From NCBI GenBank assembly GCA_948465965.1, contig CAOJYR010000006.1, positions 1 to 62,255 on the forward strand: a stretch of 62,255 nt of DNA. The letters are read 5' to 3'. A model generated the notes under the pieces. It ran no database searches. It worked only from the letters and a program-made list of their open reading frames with translations, and had not been told where the DNA came from. The stretch is from an uncultured Mycoplasmatota bacterium. GTDB lineage: Bacteria > Bacillota_I > Bacilli_A > RF39 > UBA660. Shown here piece after piece: positions 58,428 through 62,255 of this stretch. The translations under genes and the position numbers were made by a program. Position 1 is the first letter of the stretch. Every line of letters begins with the position of its first letter.

Positions 58428-58611
58428 ACGAATTTTTAACAAATATATGAACGAACAAATTATACAAAAAATAGGTATCTTAGGAGAATGTTTTAGCATA
58501 AATATAGATGAATGGCATCCAGCAAAGGAAAATAGTAAATATCCACATCGTATTTATTTTTATCAAGAAAACAATATTGTTGGTTATATAGATGCAAATA
58601 CAAGAAACTAA
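58420..58611 (+). CDS. small retron-associated ORF (63 aa), possibly the 5' half of an interrupted 127-codon gene
   Basis: Its ATG overlaps the RT stop (ATGGATAA, 8-nt overlap). No TM segment and no recognised domain. The same frame stays open for 64 more codons after the TAA at 58609 (to TAA at 58804-58806). Confidence 0.5.
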   Translation: MDKRIFNKYMNEQIIQKIGILGECFSINIDEWHPAKENSKYPHRIYFYQENNIVGYIDANTRN

Positions 58612-58894
58612 AAACAATTAATCTTTGAGACTGATCAGAAGACTGTATCTTTATATGATAATTTTTTATACCAATGTTTTAAAAATAAAAACCAAGAGTT
58701 CTATGATCAATTTTATAGATACATAGTAAAGGGAAAGGAACAAAAGGAATTACAAAAAACAAAATCACAACTAATTAAAAAGAGAAATAACTTCTCGATC
58801 AATTAATATTATGGAGATAAATTCTCTTTTTCTTTATGGTTGTTTATTTTTAGCTAATTTGCTATACTGAATATGGTAGAAAGAAGGTATGATT

Positions 58895-59611
58895 ATGGCA
58901 ACACCACATATAGAAAGTAAAAAAGAAGAGATAGCAAAAGTAGTACTAATGCCTGGAGATCCACTTCGTGCGAAATATATTGCAGAAAAGTTTTTGAATG
59001 ATTATAAATTAATTAATACAGTACGTAATATGTTTGGATATACTGGGTATTATAAAGGAAAAGAAGTAACAGTATTTGCATCAGGTATGGGAGTACCAAG
59101 TATTGGGATTTATTCTTATGAATTGTATAAATACTATGATGTAGAAAAAATAATTAGAATTGGAACAAGCGGTTCTTTTAATAAAGATATAAAAATATTA
59201 GATGTAGTTTTATCAGAAGGTAGTTTTTGTAAAAGTTATTTTGATAAATTATTAGATGATAATGATGTAGACTACATTGAATCTAGCAAAGAACTAAACA
59301 ACAGTATTATATCGAAATCAAAAGAAAAAAACATACCAATTAAATATGGAAAAACAATAACCAGTGATGTTTTTGACTTGTATTGTGATAATGAAGATGA
59401 TTTTAGAGAAAACTTCCCAAAAGAAGAGAACTATTTAGCAGTAGAAATGGAAGCGTTTGGACTATTCTATATTGCGAAAAAATTAAATAAAGAGGCTGCC
59501 TGTCTAATGACAGTTGTTGATTCCCTATATGATAAAAGGAGTCTAACTAGTGAAGAAAGGGAAAAGTCACTTGATGAAATGATTACTTTAGCACTTGATG
59601 CTGCTTTATAA
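58895..59611 (+). CDS. deoD: purine nucleoside phosphorylase, DeoD-type
   Basis: MATPHI...VVLMPGDPLRAKYIAEKFL...GMGVPS...IRIGTSGS...EMEAFGLF. ATG 58895 is 7 nt after AGAAGG. Confidence 0.9.
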   Translation: MATPHIESKKEEIAKVVLMPGDPLRAKYIAEKFLNDYKLINTVRNMFGYTGYYKGKEVTVFASGMGVPSIGIYSYELYKYYDVEKIIRIGTSGSFNKDIKILDVVLSEGSFCKSYFDKLLDDNDVDYIESSKELNNSIISKSKEKNIPIKYGKTITSDVFDLYCDNEDDFRENFPKEENYLAVEMEAFGLFYIAKKLNKEAACLMTVVDSLYDKRSLTSEEREKSLDEMITLALDAAL

Positions 59612-59657
59612 ATAAAACAAAAAAAATAACATATACTAAAAGAAGACGAGGTGAGGT

Positions 59658-60929
59658 ATGAAATATTCAAAAAAAGATTTAGGTTCTTATAAATTACATT
59701 TAATTAAAACAAATAAATTTAAAACAATTACGGTAAGAATAACATTTAGAAGCCCAATAATAAAAGAAGAAATAACCATACGTAATATGTTATGCGATAT
59801 TTTTACACAGTCAAGTAAAAAATACAAAACGAAAAGAGAACTCACAATAAAAGCGCAAGACTTATATGCAGTAGATATTACTACATCAAATGTAAGACTC
59901 GGCAACTATACAAACATGAACTTTTATTTAAATACATTACATGATAAATATACAGAGCCAGGTAATTTTAAAGAAGCATTAGATTTTCTTAGTGAAATTA
60001 TTTTTAACCCAGACATTACAGATGATAAATTCAATAAAGAAAAATTAGATATTATAAAAGCAGCTTGCAAAAGTTCTTTATCATCAATAAAAGAAGACGC
60101 TTCCAACTACAGTCTAATTAGAATGTTTGAAGAATTAGATAAAGATAGGCCCTCATCTTATAGAATGGTTGGATATTTAGAAGATTTAGATAAAATAGAT
60201 GAAAAGAATTTATATACATATTACAAAAAAATGTTAAAGACTAATTTAGTGGATATATTTGTAATAGGAGATATCGATTTTGAAGAAGTAACTGAATTAA
60301 TTAAAAAGAAATTTCAATTTAAAACTCTAAAAAAACAGCGAATTCCATATATACTAGAAGATATAAAAACAAGAGGAAAACGTCTTTTTGTCAAAGAAAC
60401 AATCAATACAAATCAATCAAAACTAGCTATAGGATGTAGAACACATGAATTATCAGATTACGAGAGAAATTATCCTTTAACCTTATACAATTTAATATTA
60501 GGAGGTTATAGCGATTCAAAACTATTTCAAGAAGTTAGAGAAAAAAACTCCCTTTGTTACGTAATTAATTCTGTTCCAAATAAGCTCGATAATTTAATTA
60601 TTATCAGAGCAGGGATAGATAAAGAAAATTATAAAAAAACACTAAGTTTAATAGATAAAATTTTAATAGACATGAAAAAGGGAAAATTTACAGACGAAGA
60701 TTTAAAAACAGCCAAAGAATACTACAACACTGCTTTAGATGAATTAGAAGAAAGCCAGACAAGAATAATTGATAATTATTATATGAGTGAGCTTATTGGT
60801 ACAGATAGCATTGAGATAAAAAGAAAAAAAATTGCCAAAGTTACAAAAGAAGAAATAATCAAAGTAGCAAAAAAAGTAAAGATGGATACCGTCTTTTTGT
60901 TAGAAGGTGATAATAATGAAAGAGATTAA
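59658..60929 (+). CDS. M16 (pitrilysin) family peptidase-like protein, non-catalytic type
   Basis: Has the fold and length of the YmfF/YmxG-like family but lacks the HxxEH zinc motif. Paired with an active-type M16 gene downstream. Confidence 0.7.
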   Translation: MKYSKKDLGSYKLHLIKTNKFKTITVRITFRSPIIKEEITIRNMLCDIFTQSSKKYKTKRELTIKAQDLYAVDITTSNVRLGNYTNMNFYLNTLHDKYTEPGNFKEALDFLSEIIFNPDITDDKFNKEKLDIIKAACKSSLSSIKEDASNYSLIRMFEELDKDRPSSYRMVGYLEDLDKIDEKNLYTYYKKMLKTNLVDIFVIGDIDFEEVTELIKKKFQFKTLKKQRIPYILEDIKTRGKRLFVKETINTNQSKLAIGCRTHELSDYERNYPLTLYNLILGGYSDSKLFQEVREKNSLCYVINSVPNKLDNLIIIRAGIDKENYKKTLSLIDKILIDMKKGKFTDEDLKTAKEYYNTALDELEESQTRIIDNYYMSELIGTDSIEIKRKKIAKVTKEEIIKVAKKVKMDTVFLLEGDNNERD

Positions 60930-62190
60930 ATTAAAAGGATTAGATCTCAGTGTTTTTAAAGAAACCTTAGATAATGGCCTTGAAGTAATTTTCATTCCTT
61001 ATAAAAACAAAAAAAATTATTTCATAAGTTATGCGACTCGTTTTGGATCAACAACAACATCTTTTACACCAGTATCACAAAATAAAGAAATAAAAGCTCC
61101 TGATGGAATCGCACATTTCTTAGAACATAAAATGTTTGAACAAGAAGATGGCATTGATCCATTTACATATTTTTCTAAAAGTGGTACAGGATTAAACGCC
61201 TCTACTTCTTTTGATAGTACACAATATATTTGTTATGGAACAAAAAACTTCTTAGATAACTTAGACTTTTTAATCGATTTTGTAAATAGCCCATATTTCA
61301 CTGATGAGAATGTAAAAAAGGAAAAAGGAATCATTGCTGAAGAGTTAAAAATGTATTTAGATATTCCTGATTTTAAATTAGAAAATAAATTAAGAGAATG
61401 TATTTACGAAAAAAATCCAAGACGAATAGACATTGGAGGAACAGTAGAGGAAGTAAATAAGATTACAAAAGAAGATTTATATCTTTGTTATAATAATTTT
61501 TATACACCCAATAATATGTTCATTTTAATCGCAGGAAACTTTCCCATAAATGAAACCAAAGATTTAATTCATAAAAAATTAGACAATAAAGAGAAAACTA
61601 AGCCAGCTAAAATAAAAAAAATAAAAGAACCAAAATCAGTTTATAAAACATCAGATAGCCTCAAATGTGATATAAAGGTTCCAAAAATAGCAGTTGGTAT
61701 AAAAATAGCAGAAAAGGATATAGGAATAAATGATTCTCTAGAATTAGATTTATACCTATCCATGTTTAGTGCAATTGTATTTGGTTCCTCATCAGAATTT
61801 AGAGAAAAAGTAAGAAGTAAAAAGTTAATAAATAGTTTTTATACTGAATGGGAGAAAGTAGAGAATTATCACATTTTTTCCATCTTTGCATCAACTGACA
61901 ATCCAGACGAATTAATAAAAGAAATCGAAAATGAATTAGAAAATATAAATATAGAAGAAGATGCATTTAATAGAATGAAAAAAGTTTGGATCGCAAATGA
62001 AGTTAAAATTGCTGATTACATAGAAGCAACAGTAAACAACATATATGATGACATGATTAGATACAATAAAATAATTCCGAACAGAATAGATTTAATTAGA
62101 AAAATGAAAATAAATAAACTTAATAGTGTTATAGAAAAATTAAACATGAAAAATAAAAGCATAGTAAGGATGTTACCAAAAGATAAATAA
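60907..62190 (+). CDS. M16 family zinc peptidase (HxxEH)
   Basis: HFLEHKMFE inverted zinc-binding motif. The probable start is ATG 60916 after AAGGTGA. Overlaps the preceding M16 gene. Confidence 0.8.
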   Translation: MIIMKEIKLKGLDLSVFKETLDNGLEVIFIPYKNKKNYFISYATRFGSTTTSFTPVSQNKEIKAPDGIAHFLEHKMFEQEDGIDPFTYFSKSGTGLNASTSFDSTQYICYGTKNFLDNLDFLIDFVNSPYFTDENVKKEKGIIAEELKMYLDIPDFKLENKLRECIYEKNPRRIDIGGTVEEVNKITKEDLYLCYNNFYTPNNMFILIAGNFPINETKDLIHKKLDNKEKTKPAKIKKIKEPKSVYKTSDSLKCDIKVPKIAVGIKIAEKDIGINDSLELDLYLSMFSAIVFGSSSEFREKVRSKKLINSFYTEWEKVENYHIFSIFASTDNPDELIKEIENELENINIEEDAFNRMKKVWIANEVKIADYIEATVNNIYDDMIRYNKIIPNRIDLIRKMKINKLNSVIEKLNMKNKSIVRMLPKDK

Positions 62191-62255
62191 TAGTAGATTT
62201 ATTGAACTTGTCAATAAAAAGTAGACAGTAAAAAAGAGCTATTTAAACCCTAGTT

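Noticed and set aside
58807-58888. A strong terminator closing the retron cassette.
   Set aside because: Only a 4-bp GAGA/TCTC hairpin with a T-run is present. That is too weak to call, so read-through into deoD cannot be excluded.
1-62255. Mollicutes-type genetic code (TGA = Trp), considered because of the very low GC content.
   Set aside because: TGA terminates well-defined genes (relA at 5842-5844, dtd at 6273-6275, the uORF at 37989-37991). Long housekeeping ORFs are intact under the standard code.

Overview
AT-rich, low-GC Bacillota-type chromosomal segment that uses the standard genetic code (TGA serves as a stop, e.g. at relA and dtd). About 55 genes are present and all but one (rnhC) lie on the + strand. 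Most of the window is conserved housekeeping. It contains: comN-like/secDF/relA/dtd; a T-box-controlled hisS-aspS operon; mtaB; recD2; parE-parC; a ylbD/ylbE/ylbF-like/rsmD block; a CIRCE-controlled hrcA-grpE-dnaK-(pepF)-dnaJ operon; rnhC/cvpA; an M19 dipeptidase-like ORF running in frame into trxA; ppdK; a GT39 glycosyltransferase/pfkB/smr cluster; rpmG; efp; ftsK; deoD; and two M16 peptidases. The strongest candidate for an undescribed system is a compact retron-like cassette between ftsK and deoD (about 57.27-58.81 kb). It has its own extended -10 promoter, a structured leader of about 170 nt (candidate msr-msd), a 316-aa retron-type reverse transcriptase, and an 8-nt-overlapping small ORF with no recognisable effector domain. 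A single in-frame TAA splits that ORF into 63 + 64 codons. Other points worth a second look:
- an orphan mini-unit encoding a 27-aa hydrophobic peptide;
- a uORF-coupled divergent ThyA-like gene;
- a frameshifted Rpn/PD-(D/E)XK gene;
- a pilin-signal/discoidin/ricin-lectin protein;
- a GT39 enzyme next to Ser/Thr-rich membrane proteins;
- an internal lipoprotein signal in a 789-aa protein;
- Cys/His-rich tails on HisRS and GrpE;
- a T-box whose features point to tRNA-Asp rather than tRNA-His.
No rRNA, tRNA or CRISPR array was seen. All calls rest on motif recognition by eye; no database search was run.
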